The notes under the pieces: generated by a model
What the model saw: the letters and a program-made list of their open reading frames with translations, nothing else
The model's database searches: none
Told to the model about the DNA's origin: nothing
Program-made: the position numbers and the translations under genes
From: Candidatus Binatia bacterium
GTDB lineage: Bacteria > Desulfobacterota > Binatia > UBA9968 > CAXXLF01
Length of the DNA stretch: 64,000 nucleotides
Direction: 5' to 3'
NCBI GenBank assembly: GCA_963664015.2
Contig: CAXXLF010000002.1
Span: forward strand, 992,001 to 1,056,000
Shown: positions 1 through 9,505 of the stretch, in pieces
Layout: each line of letters begins with the position of its first letter
Numbering within the stretch: the stretch's first letter is position 1

Positions 1-490
1 CCTCCTGCTCGATGGGGTTCTGGGTGGCAAGCACCAGAAAGGGTTCATGCAGCGGATAGGTCTGCCCCCCGATAGTCGCCTGGCGCTCCTGCATTGATTC
101 CAGCAGCGCCGCCTGTACTTTGGCAGGGGCCCGGTTGATCTCGTCGGCAAGAATCAAGTTGGAAAAGATTGGCCCCTTCTTAATACTATAGGTACCTTCC
201 CGTGGGTTGAAGATCTCTGTACCGGTTACGTCCGCAGGCAGCATATCGGGGGTAAACTGAATGCGGGAGAATCCCGTATCGATGGCCTCGGCCAGGGAGT
301 GTACGGCCAACGTTTTAGCCAGACCCGGCACGCCTTCTAGCAGGACATGCCCTCCAGTGAGCAGTCCTATCAACAGCCGTGACAGCATGGGCTCCTGCCC
401 CACCAGCACTCGACCGACTTCATCGATGAGACTGTTGACTAAATGAGAAAATTCGGCAATCCGATCATCATTAGGTGAGGTCGAACTCAT
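1..490 (-). CDS. MoxR-family AAA+ ATPase (runs off the window edge, 3' partial)
   Basis: Not in the ORF track; translated by hand from ATG at 490 after an AGGAGG SD: ...GHVLLEGVPGLAKT (Walker A)...RIQFTPDMLPAD...ILADEINRAPAKVQAALLESMQE...ATQNPIEQE, the MoxR signature motifs. Confidence 0.93.
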   Translation of the reverse strand, partial: MSSTSPNDDRIAEFSHLVNSLIDEVGRVLVGQEPMLSRLLIGLLTGGHVLLEGVPGLAKTLAVHSLAEAIDTGFSRIQFTPDMLPADVTGTEIFNPREGTYSIKKGPIFSNLILADEINRAPAKVQAALLESMQERQATIGGQTYPLHEPFLVLATQNPIEQE

Positions 491-754
491 CTTTCCTCCT
501 CAAGGTAAAATCTGTTTCAACAATATGGGCGCAACTCAGAACGAGCACGCAATCTATCACAAAGTTGTTTTAATAATACCTAAAATAAAAACCAGAGATA
601 ACACTTTTGCTCCATCCCCCGAGTCCAAGGGCGATTGCTAGGGTTGAGCCGTCCTCCATATCATTGGGTCCGGTCACATTCGGTCGTTAGCTAGCATGGG
701 ATCGGCCCCCCATGGTTTGCACCCGCGCACAGAAAGCACCATAATATTTTTCCA

Positions 755-1534
755 ATGGACATCGTATGGTTAAAGGTTCCCGCCTGGGAAAATCTCGATG
801 GCATGATCCACGGCTTCCTGGGTCGCAAGGGAGGGAAGAGCCTCGGGCACTACTCGAGTCTAAATCTATCTGTCAGCGTGGGGGATAATCTCCAGACCGT
901 AAAGGACAACCTCTGCGATCTCAAGAAGGTCGTGGGCGCTCATGACCTCAGAATCGTGACCATGACCCAAAGGCATCAGGACCACATCGCCGAGGTCACG
1001 GACCATCGCGCAAAGAACGCCGGCGAGGCAGACGGGATGATAACCAAGGAACGAGAAATATTTCTTGGCGTGCTCACCGCCGATTGCGTCCCCATCCTGT
1101 TCGCCGCACGGTCTCAGAAGGTAACGGCGGTGGTTCACGCCGGATGGCGCGGTACCATGGCGGGACTGCCTGGCAAAATGATTCGCCACCTCGGGGAACG
1201 TTACCAGGTGAAGCCCGAGGATCTGGAAGTTGCATTGGGACCGGCTATCGGCCCGTGCTGCTATGAAATCAAAGAAGACGTTTCGAAACTTTTATTGGCC
1301 CGGTGGAAAGAAATCACTGAACAGAGCCTGCAGGAGAGGAACGGCAAACTGTTCCTTGATTTGAGAAAGCTCAGCATACTCCAATTGGACAATGTCGGTA
1401 TCCCTCACTCCAAGATTTTTACCATAGGCCCCTGTACCTCATGTGCATCCGATGATTTTTTCTCCTACCGCTGCGATTCGGATAATGGCGATCACGAGAC
1501 CGGCCGCCAGCTGAGCTTCATCGGCTGGCGGTAA
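755..1534 (+). CDS. pgeF: PgeF/YfiH-family purine nucleoside phosphorylase-like (laccase-domain) protein
   Basis: Motifs ADGMIT, LTADCVP, HAGWRG, GPAIGPCCYE and FFSYR. Confidence 0.9.
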   Translation: MDIVWLKVPAWENLDGMIHGFLGRKGGKSLGHYSSLNLSVSVGDNLQTVKDNLCDLKKVVGAHDLRIVTMTQRHQDHIAEVTDHRAKNAGEADGMITKEREIFLGVLTADCVPILFAARSQKVTAVVHAGWRGTMAGLPGKMIRHLGERYQVKPEDLEVALGPAIGPCCYEIKEDVSKLLLARWKEITEQSLQERNGKLFLDLRKLSILQLDNVGIPHSKIFTIGPCTSCASDDFFSYRCDSDNGDHETGRQLSFIGWR

Positions 1535-1598
1535 ATTCATACCAATTCACAGCGAAAGCTTGCGCCGTTCGGCTAATCCCCCTTCGATCCGAGCCTCA

Positions 1599-1639
1599 TG
1601 GTTCGAGTTTCCTCACCACCCTGAGCCTGTCGATGGGTC
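1599..1639. repeat. REP-like palindromic repeat, copy A1, nested in another TCGA-containing repeat
   Basis: tggttcgagtttcctcaccaccctgagcctgtcgatgggtc is 39/41 identical to 10100-10140 and related to the reverse complement of the cores at ~40051-40099 and ~57402-57441. Confidence 0.85.
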
Positions 1640-1790
1640 AAAGGGTCAGGGTCGAAGACATGACGTAGCCTCGACGGCCGCTTAACGCTTGGCTAGCAGT
1701 AAACCAGGACTAATTGCTGAGAAATGAGGCCTGAACCTGTCAGCCGAGCCCAAGGCCTGAGTTGAGCTTTTTCAATAAGTTGAAAAAAAG

Positions 1791-1819
1791 TTGACAACGG
1801 AAACCCCCTTTTGTAAACT
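1791..1819 (+). promoter_or_regulatory. sigma70-type promoter
   Basis: TTGACA (1791-1796), 17-bp spacer, TAAACT (1814-1819), with an A-tract upstream. Confidence 0.75.
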
Positions 1820-1847
1820 GCCCGCAGCAGAGAAAGGAGGTGGTCTA

Positions 1848-1892
1848 GTGATATATAACATAGAATTTGACTGCGAGGTGGCTGAGACTTAG
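1848..1892 (+). CDS. Putative 14-aa small peptide MIYNIEFDCEVAET
   Basis: GTG start 5 nt after an extended SD (AGAAAGGAGGTG, 1831-1842); lies between a canonical promoter and a strong terminator. Confidence 0.5.
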   Translation: MIYNIEFDCEVAET

Positions 1893-1969
1893 GCTTCTAA
1901 GCCAGTAATCCTTGTCAGGAGCTTTTTGGGATTGTGGCGTAGGAGCCTAGAATTCCAATCAGCACACCT

Positions 1970-2010
1970 AGTCCTGGCCGAATATTTATTCGGCCAGGAC
2001 TTTTTTATTT
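1970..2010 (+). terminator. Intrinsic terminator
   Basis: Perfect inverted arms agtcctggccgaata / tattcggccaggact followed by TTTTTATTT. Confidence 0.88.
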
Positions 2011-2047
2011 TATTTAACCAAGAGGTGGTTGAAATTATCCGATGGGC

Positions 2048-2653
2048 TCATTTCGCAAGGCGCTGCAGCGCGAATTCAGCCGCCCGGCGAACTTTCTCAT
2101 CGGCGTCCTGCAATAAGATGTAACGCAAAATCGTCACGGTTTCCTTACTGGCCGGTGGCTGCTCCCCGAGGGTATTGACCACGGCTACGCGAACCATGGG
2201 ATCTGCATCTTGAAGGGTCTGATGCAGCAACTGGTGGGCCACCTCCCGCTTATGATCCAAATACCGCAGGCAATAAACGCCCATCCTCTTCTGTAACGAG
2301 CTGCCGGTCAATAAGAGGTCAGTGAGTCTAGTAAATATACGATCATCGGTCTTCCCCAGGCGGCTCAATGCGACGACGGTTGCCCATCGGACATCGGCAT
2401 CTTCGCTCCCAAGGGCATCCACCAGGACTTCAAGGCCCGGCATGGACAAGACGCTGAGTTGGGCAAGGGTGTAGGCCACGGGCCAACGCCTTCCACGCTC
2501 CAGGCCTCGGAAAAGACCATTCAGAGCATTCTGGACCTCCGTCGTTTCCGCTCCCAACCTGACCAACGCATCGACCGCGGCACGCACTACCGCCTTATCC
2601 GAATGGGTAAGGGATTGCACCAGAGCGTCAATATTTTCGCTCGCTGCTTTCAT
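2048..2653 (-). CDS. HEAT-repeat protein
   Basis: Repeated L..D.D..VR.AAV.AL..LG motifs (DADVRWATVVAL, DADPMVRVAVVNTL, DADEKVRRAAEFAL). Confidence 0.85.
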   Translation of the reverse strand: MKAASENIDALVQSLTHSDKAVVRAAVDALVRLGAETTEVQNALNGLFRGLERGRRWPVAYTLAQLSVLSMPGLEVLVDALGSEDADVRWATVVALSRLGKTDDRIFTRLTDLLLTGSSLQKRMGVYCLRYLDHKREVAHQLLHQTLQDADPMVRVAVVNTLGEQPPASKETVTILRYILLQDADEKVRRAAEFALQRLAK

Positions 2654-2671
2654 ACGACAGTGGCTTATTCC

Positions 2672-3883
2672 TCAAGGGGGAGATTGACGGAATAAGGTTG
2701 AACCCCACCCTTCCTCACTATCGGCTCGCACGGTACCATGGTGCGCTTCGACAATTGTTTTGACGATAAACAGGCCCAACCCGGTTCCCTCGATGCGTTC
2801 AGAGCCCTTCAAACGACGGAATTGAGAAAAGAGGAGTGGGAGTTCTTCCTCTGCGATTCCGACACCCGTGTCTTTCACTGCGACGCACACATGATCATCT
2901 TCCAATTTGGAACTGACCGTGACCTTGCCGCCAGTGCGCGTGAACTTGATGGCATTGCCAATAAGATTCCAAACCACGCGATCCAGTTGAACCTCATCTC
3001 CCGGGACTTCGGGAAGCTCTTCATCCAGGTTCAGCTCCATCGTGAGCTTCTTACGCTGTGCTTCTGGCTCCTGAGCCCGGGCTGCCTACTGCAGCAGTCG
3101 GTTCACCTGCACCGGTCGGTGCTCCACTTGCATGTTTCGCGCTTCGGCGCGGCTTGCCTCGAGAAAACCCGTAACCAAGTTAACAATCCTGCGGGCGCCG
3201 TCTCGCATGCGCCGCCAAACTTCTTTTTCCGAGTCCCCCTCAACAGACTCCTCCAATTTGAGTTCCGCTTACCCCATGATGATTCCAAGGGGGGTTTTAA
3301 TATCGTGAACTAGTGCTGTCACCAGACCCATCTTCAACTGTCCTCGCTCCTTCGCAACTTCCGCCCGTCGCCTTTCTCGATTGGCGTTTTCCGTGAGATA
3401 CCCATAGAGGATGGAGACCCCGAACAGAAAGGTAATCCGGATAAAGACCTCACTGCCGAGGTTGGCTATGGCTGCTTTCTGGGAGAGAAGAAGCATCACG
3501 TAGACCGCGCTGATCAGGATTGAGCCGAGAACAATGCGCATCATGCTTTGCCCCAGGGCCGCAAGAAACATGGCAAATAAGTAAATCAGGAAGAAATCCC
3601 ATGAGAGGTCTTTGTTAAGATGAATCACGCTGGAGAGCAGCAAAGTGTCGCACAGCATCAGCACGGTGCCGAAATAAGGGTGATAGAAAATACGTTCGGG
3701 GATCCGGTAGAGCACCAGGACGCTAACCAGGAAGATAACCACCAGCCCGTGAACCCAGGGATCGTCGGAGACCTGCTCTCCCTTGGGAAAGAGGATGAGA
3801 AAAGAGGTTGCTATGGCAATCATCCACTGGAGGATGATTGCCGTGTATTGTTTATCGGCCATGTTGCTTTCGCCAGCCATCAA
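2672..3883 (-). pseudogene. Membrane sensor histidine kinase, disrupted
   Basis: One reading frame carries a multi-TM N-terminus, H-box LVHDIKTPL, then HATPase NLIGNAIKFT/DTGVG/GTGLGL. In-frame TAA at 3269-3271 and TAG at 3086-3088; probable extra base near 2690 (GSTLFRQSPP instead of GSTFSVNLPLEE). Confidence 0.85.
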
Positions 3884-3909
3884 TAGTGAAGGATGCCCTC
3901 AACTCTTTC

Positions 3910-4782
3910 TCATGTGGAAAGCGAGTGCGTCATCCCTTTTCCTCCCTCAGAACCCATCTTTGCCATCAGGTCCTTGAGCCGTGCCGGGTAATCGGTAACG
4001 ATTCCCCCGACACCCATACGAATCAGCTGGTCCATTTCGTGGGTATCGTTGATAGTCCATGCATGGACTTCAACTCCAAGGTCACGGGCCGCGTCCAGTG
4101 TTTCTGGTTGGATCAGTTTCATCTCGTTGTACACGCGGGGAACCTGAAGCGCGTGGCCCTGAGGCACAAATGTTTCTTTTCGCCCGCCCCATACCCACTG
4201 CATGAAGGCCTCGGCTTCACCGTAAGAGAAGCCGGTCGCAATGATCGTATTTTGGTCGCGGATCTGGCGGCGTATCTTGCCCATCACCGCATCGTTCTCG
4301 GCGCCCAGTAAAACTTGGTCGGCCTTATTCCACCGCTTGATGCAGGCAATTACATTATGAATGAAGGGGATTCGGCCCTCTTTCACATCCAAAGTCACCT
4401 TGGCCTGGGGAAAGCTCGTAAAGAACTCCTCGAGCGTTGGGATTTCTATCCTTTGACCGCGATAGGGGAAACTCATCCCCCCGTCGGAACTGAACCCATA
4501 ACCGGCGTCAAGACCCTTCAACTCGTTGAGCGGTCGGTGCCTGACCTCACCCTTCCCGTTAGTGGTTCGATCCAAGGTCTCATCATGAAAAATCAGGATC
4601 TCCCCATCCTGGGATTCCCGCAAATCGGTCTCAACAAAATCAGCGCCCTCGGCAAAAGCCCTCTCCATGGAGACCAGGGTATTCTCCGGGGTTGATCCGG
4701 AAGCCCCACGGTGCCCACCGAGCATGATTTTGTCGGTCTCAAAAAAGGAGAGCTTTACCATCCTAAGTAGCTTAAATCTCAA
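3910..4782 (-). CDS. Glycerophosphodiester phosphodiesterase
   Basis: GHRGASG...PENT...ETDLR...FHDETLDRTTNG, HAWTIND and GIVTDYP. Start codon uncertain. Confidence 0.9.
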   Translation of the reverse strand: MRFKLLRMVKLSFFETDKIMLGGHRGASGSTPENTLVSMERAFAEGADFVETDLRESQDGEILIFHDETLDRTTNGKGEVRHRPLNELKGLDAGYGFSSDGGMSFPYRGQRIEIPTLEEFFTSFPQAKVTLDVKEGRIPFIHNVIACIKRWNKADQVLLGAENDAVMGKIRRQIRDQNTIIATGFSYGEAEAFMQWVWGGRKETFVPQGHALQVPRVYNEMKLIQPETLDAARDLGVEVHAWTINDTHEMDQLIRMGVGGIVTDYPARLKDLMAKMGSEGGKGMTHSLST

Positions 4783-5926
4783 GAAATTTTGGGGCTCTGG
4801 TCAGGTTCCGGTTACCTCCACGGGTAACCAGGACCACGTCCTCCAGCCGAACCCCGCCCATACCCATATAGTATAACCCAGGTTCGACCGTCACGACATG
4901 CCCTTTGTGAAGTATCGACGGAACGCCTCCGATTCGCGGTGGCTCGTGGATATCCAACCCTAAGCCATGACCGGTTCCATGGAAAAAGCCCTGCATCCTG
5001 CCACCCATGTGACCGGTGGGGAAGCCCCTTTCCTTAAACAACTGAAGTATCTTCTGATGCACCTCGTAACCGTCGACTCCGTCCCGAATATGACGGAAGC
5101 CAAGCTCCTGTCCCTGGCGCACCGATTCATAGGCTTCCTTCAAGCGTTCCGAAGCTCTTCCTCGCACCACGGTACGGCTCAAATCCCCGAAATAACCGGT
5201 CTGTTCTGAACGAGGAAAGATATCAAATACGATAGAGGTATGGGCCCGGATGAGTCCATGACCTTCGTTGTGGGGATCACAGCACTGATTGCCCGAGGAG
5301 ATGATGGTATGGCTAGGCACCCAGCCTTGGGCCATGATCGCTGTATTGACGACCGTTTTGAGATCCTCGGAAGTCATCCGCCGGCGGTTGAAGTACAGGT
5401 AACGGTCTCTTCCGATCTTAGTTTTTCTCAAGGCATCGATTCCGGCCTCCAATCCCAACTCAGCGATTCGAATCGAGTCGCGGATTTTGGCTACCTCATG
5501 GGGGGCCTTTGTCTCCCTGTCTTCAAAGTAGGGGTCGTTTTGGATGACCACGCTGAAGCCGGCGGACCTTAACTCATCGGCAAGGAAGATAGGGAAGTTC
5601 GTGGGAACCAAGAGCGCGCGGATTCGCTTTTCCTTGAAGATCAACGTCAGGATGTCGCTAGTTGTGACCTCCCCCCCCCCCCCATGGCGGAGACGTCGCA
5701 CGTATCCAGAAAGCGATTGAACGAAATGGACCTTTGCCTCTCTTTTTGCCCGATCTACTTCAAGGTCGTTCATCACCAGATATTTCTTCCCCAGGTGCTG
5801 AAAAAATATGAATGGATCTGGCGCAAAGAAACTGGTAGCATATAGAAGGTTGGCGTCGGATTCGCTTGCCGCGAAGATCAACCTGGCCGAGGTTTTGTTC
5901 AAAATTTTTCGTGTTTGAATCATCAT
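4772..5926 (-). CDS. Xaa-Pro aminopeptidase/dipeptidase (M24B)
   Basis: Metal ligand motifs GDLSRT, HGTGHGLGLDIHE, TVEPGLY and GVRLEDVV. Confidence 0.92.
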   Translation of the reverse strand: MMIQTRKILNKTSARLIFAASESDANLLYATSFFAPDPFIFFQHLGKKYLVMNDLEVDRAKREAKVHFVQSLSGYVRRLRHGGGGEVTTSDILTLIFKEKRIRALLVPTNFPIFLADELRSAGFSVVIQNDPYFEDRETKAPHEVAKIRDSIRIAELGLEAGIDALRKTKIGRDRYLYFNRRRMTSEDLKTVVNTAIMAQGWVPSHTIISSGNQCCDPHNEGHGLIRAHTSIVFDIFPRSEQTGYFGDLSRTVVRGRASERLKEAYESVRQGQELGFRHIRDGVDGYEVHQKILQLFKERGFPTGHMGGRMQGFFHGTGHGLGLDIHEPPRIGGVPSILHKGHVVTVEPGLYYMGMGGVRLEDVVLVTRGGNRNLTRAPKFLEI

Positions 5927-6082
5927 CTTAATCGAACCTTTTATTTCGGATCCACAAGAGCGGTATTGAGCGGTGACGGGGAATTATTAGCGAATAGTGC
6001 ATGATCGGCACGAACAACTCCAAGATACCAATTTCACTGTCAATTCTCAAGGAATAAGTGCTAACCATCCATCCCTTTTTTA

Positions 6083-6110
6083 TTGACAGCGGCTCTCCTT
6101 TCGTTAATAT
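6083..6110 (+). promoter_or_regulatory. Putative sigma70 promoter of the carboxylase operon
   Basis: TTGACA, 16-bp spacer, TAATAT. Confidence 0.5.
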
Positions 6111-6241
6111 TGATCCCCAAAGCAGGCAATTGGAATATATCTCGAATAGACTAGTGTCGTTACGGACATCTCGGGTCGTTTTTCTAGGGCCCCCTATCCA
6201 ACTTAACACAACCAAAACCATACAATAGAGGCATCAAGCAG

Positions 6242-7792
6242 ATGGGTTTAAAAGAGAACTTAGAAAAGCTGAAAGAGCTCAACAAAAACTCCGAGTTAGG
6301 TGGCGGAGAAGACAAGATTCGCCGTCAGCGAGACCAAGGTAAGCTTCTGGCGCGCGAGCGTATTGACATTTTGTTGGACCACGGGAGCTTTATAGAATTG
6401 GATCGCTTCCGCACCCACAACTGTCACGACTTCGACATGGATGCTCAGCGAATACCCGGAGACGCCGTGGTCACCGGTTACGGCACCATCGAAGGCAGGA
6501 CCGTCTACGTCTATTCCCAGGATTTTACCGTTTTTGGAGGGAGCCTAAGTGGAGTCGTAGCAGAGAAGATTTGCAAAGTAATGGATCTCGCCATCGCAAA
6601 TGGTGCTCCAATATTGGGCATCAACGATTCCGGTGGTGCGCGGATACAAGAAGGAGTGGTCAGCCTTGCCGGATACGCCGACATTTTCCTCAAAAATGTG
6701 TTGGCCTCAGGTGTCGTTCCACAGATTTCGGCTATCATGGGACCATGTGCGGGAGGCGCCGTTTATTCGCCCGCGATCACCGACTTTATCTTTATGACCA
6801 AATCAAGCAGCTACATGTTCATCACGGGACCGGACGTGATCAAGACCGTTACCCATGAAGAAGTCACCAAGGAGGAGTTGGGAGGCGCTGAAACCCACAA
6901 TACGAAGAGCGGCGTAGCCCATTTTTCCGCCGAGAGCGAGAAGGAGTGTCTTCTCATGATGCGGGAACTCATGGGGTTCCTACCCAGCAATAATCTGGAA
7001 GATCCTCCGTTCCATCCGACCGACGATGATCTGCTTCGACGCGAGGCGAAACTCAAGGATTTAATTCCAGACAATCCTAACCGTCCATACGACATGAAAG
7101 AACTGATTCAGGCCGTAATGGACGAAGGGTATTTTTACGAGGTACAACGGGACTTTGCTGCCAACATCATTGTGGGGTTTGCCCGCCTTGGCGGATGGCC
7201 GGTTGGGATAGTTGCCAACCAACCCGCCAACTTGGCCGGATGCCTGGATATTGACGCGTCGACCAAGGCGGCCCGTTTTATTCGATTCTGCGACTGTTTT
7301 AACATTCCGGTGGTGACTTTCGTCGACGTCCCAGGGTTTCTGCCTGGCACGGCACAGGAGTACGGTGGCATCATCCGCCACGGCGCGAAACTCTTGTACG
7401 CCTATGCGGAAGCAACGGTTCCTAAAATTACCGTAATCACCCGCAAGGCCTATGGCGGAGGCTATATCGTAATGTCCAGCAAACACTTACGCGGCGATAT
7501 CAACTTCGCCTATCCAACTGGCGAAATTGCGGTCATGGGGCCGGAGGGCGCCATCAACATTGTCTTCCGCGATGCTCTTCAAAAGACTGAAAATCCAGAA
7601 AAGACACGAGAGGAACTGGCGGAAAATTATCGCCAAACGTTTGCCAATCCTTTCAAGGCCGCCGAACTGGGTTATGTGGACGCGGTCATCCCTCCTGAGG
7701 ATACCCGTCCTTCCCTTATTCGCTCCCTGGAAATGCTCAAGAAGAAGCGGGCCAGCAACCCGCCCAAAAAACATGGCAACATACCGTTATAA
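6242..7792 (+). CDS. pccB: Acyl-CoA (propionyl-CoA-type) carboxylase carboxyltransferase beta subunit
   Basis: [44 protein letters not shown] and C-terminal KKHGNIPL. Confidence 0.93.
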   Translation: MGLKENLEKLKELNKNSELGGGEDKIRRQRDQGKLLARERIDILLDHGSFIELDRFRTHNCHDFDMDAQRIPGDAVVTGYGTIEGRTVYVYSQDFTVFGGSLSGVVAEKICKVMDLAIANGAPILGINDSGGARIQEGVVSLAGYADIFLKNVLASGVVPQISAIMGPCAGGAVYSPAITDFIFMTKSSSYMFITGPDVIKTVTHEEVTKEELGGAETHNTKSGVAHFSAESEKECLLMMRELMGFLPSNNLEDPPFHPTDDDLLRREAKLKDLIPDNPNRPYDMKELIQAVMDEGYFYEVQRDFAANIIVGFARLGGWPVGIVANQPANLAGCLDIDASTKAARFIRFCDCFNIPVVTFVDVPGFLPGTAQEYGGIIRHGAKLLYAYAEATVPKITVITRKAYGGGYIVMSSKHLRGDINFAYPTGEIAVMGPEGAINIVFRDALQKTENPEKTREELAENYRQTFANPFKAAELGYVDAVIPPEDTRPSLIRSLEMLKKKRASNPPKKHGNIPL

Positions 7793-7947
7793 GATAGAGA
7801 CAGGGACAGCGACAGAGAAAAGAGGGCAGCCCCATTTATTTCCTGCTTCTCTGTCTTCACCTTGTTCTATCCATGTCCTAATTTCTTCGTCTTACTCTGT
7901 CTCAAATCTCTGTCTCTGTCTGTTGCCCCCTGTCTTTGTCTATTCAA

Positions 7948-9486
7948 ATGTTTAAACGCATCCTAATTGCCAACCGGGGAGAGATTGCCGTTCGAATCAT
8001 CCGAGCTTGCAAGGAGTTGGATATTGAAACCGTTGCGGTTTATTCGGAGGCCGATCGCGATGCTCTCCATGTCAAATACGCCGACTACGCCTACCTGATA
8101 GGTCCGCCACCTTCCCTTCAGAGCTACCTTGCCGTCGAACGGATTCTCGAGGTTGCCAAAGAAAGTGGAACGGAGGCCATTCACCCGGGGTACGGCTTCC
8201 TAGCAGAGAATGCGAACTTTGCCCGCAGATGTACGGAAGAGGGTTTCGTTTTCATCGGCCCGTCTCCCGAAGTCATCGACCAGATGGGAGACAAGGTCAA
8301 GGCTGGTGAGATCATGAAGGCCGCCGGGGTCCCCGTGATCCCCGGTTCAGGCAAAGTGCTTGAATCCGAGGAGGAGGTCCTGCAGACCGCCGAGTCCATT
8401 GGTTACCCTATCATGCTCAAAGCAGTCGCCGGCGGCGGCGGTAAGGGATTGCGGCTAGTCCGTTCCTCGCAGGATATGACTTCAGCCTATCGCGCGGTGC
8501 GATCTGAGGCCTCGTCCTCCTTTGCCGACGCCCGGCTATATGTAGAGAAATACTTGGAACGCTGCCACCACGTTGAGGTTCAGATCATAGGCGATCAATA
8601 CGGTCGGGTGATTCACCTCTTTGATAGAGAATGCTCCATCCAGCGACGCCATCAGAAAATAATCGAGGAGTGTCCAGCTCCCGCCTTGGACAATCGAACC
8701 CGGCGCAATATCGGCCGCGTGGCTGTCCAGGGGGGCAAGGCTGTTAAGTACGTGGGCCTTGGGACTATGGAATTTCTCCTTGATTCGGACAACAACTTTT
8801 ATTTCCTCGAGATGAATACCCGTATTCAAGTTGAGCATGCGGTTACCGAAAGGGTCGTTGGCATCGACCTGGTAAAGGCCCAGATTGAGGTCGCAGCAGG
8901 AACCCCTCTTCCCTGGCGACAGCGCCACATTCGGCTGACTGGCCACGCCATTGAGAGCAGGATCTATGCGGAAGATCCAGAAAATGACTTCATGCCTTGT
9001 CCTGGAAAGATCGAAGGGCTCAGGCTACCGGAAGGACTCGGTGTAAGAAACGACTGTGGGGTCTATGAAGGGGCAGAAATCCCCATTTACTATGACCCAA
9101 TGATCGCCAAGCTCATCGTATGGGGAGAGAACCGTGTTGATGCCCTTCTGAGAATGCGCCGCGCCCTGCGCGAATACCAGGTACGTGGGATCAAGACTAA
9201 CATTGCCTTCCACCAATGGGTCCTCCGCCATCCCCGTTTTATGGCCGGGGATATCAACACGGCCTTTGTCGATGATGAGCTACGCTTCGTCGCCAAGGAA
9301 GAACTCTACCCACACCGACACATCGCCCTGGCGTCGGCGGCCATTGCAGCTTTGCATCGGGAACAGGATCAGGCAATGCGGACTTTGACCCAGGGGGCCC
9401 AGGAAAAGTCCCAGTGGAAGGAGACAGGACGGAAGGAGGCCTTGAGAGACGCCTCCGGCCCATTGCATCACGAGAGAAAATGGTAG
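7948..9486 (+). CDS. accC: Biotin carboxylase subunit of an acyl-CoA carboxylase
   Basis: MFKRILIANRGEIA, HPGYGFLAEN, RECSIQRRHQK, EMNTRIQVEH and YYDPMIAKL; ATG at 7948 preferred. Confidence 0.93.
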   Translation: MFKRILIANRGEIAVRIIRACKELDIETVAVYSEADRDALHVKYADYAYLIGPPPSLQSYLAVERILEVAKESGTEAIHPGYGFLAENANFARRCTEEGFVFIGPSPEVIDQMGDKVKAGEIMKAAGVPVIPGSGKVLESEEEVLQTAESIGYPIMLKAVAGGGGKGLRLVRSSQDMTSAYRAVRSEASSSFADARLYVEKYLERCHHVEVQIIGDQYGRVIHLFDRECSIQRRHQKIIEECPAPALDNRTRRNIGRVAVQGGKAVKYVGLGTMEFLLDSDNNFYFLEMNTRIQVEHAVTERVVGIDLVKAQIEVAAGTPLPWRQRHIRLTGHAIESRIYAEDPENDFMPCPGKIEGLRLPEGLGVRNDCGVYEGAEIPIYYDPMIAKLIVWGENRVDALLRMRRALREYQVRGIKTNIAFHQWVLRHPRFMAGDINTAFVDDELRFVAKEELYPHRHIALASAAIAALHREQDQAMRTLTQGAQEKSQWKETGRKEALRDASGPLHHERKW

Positions 9487-9505
9487 GGGGAACATTTTTC
9501 CAGCT

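Noticed and set aside
1890-2123. Amber readthrough extending the 14-aa ORF into ORF 1926-2123
   Set aside because: The frame is open but runs through the terminator and into the antisense HEAT gene; no pyl genes are in the window.
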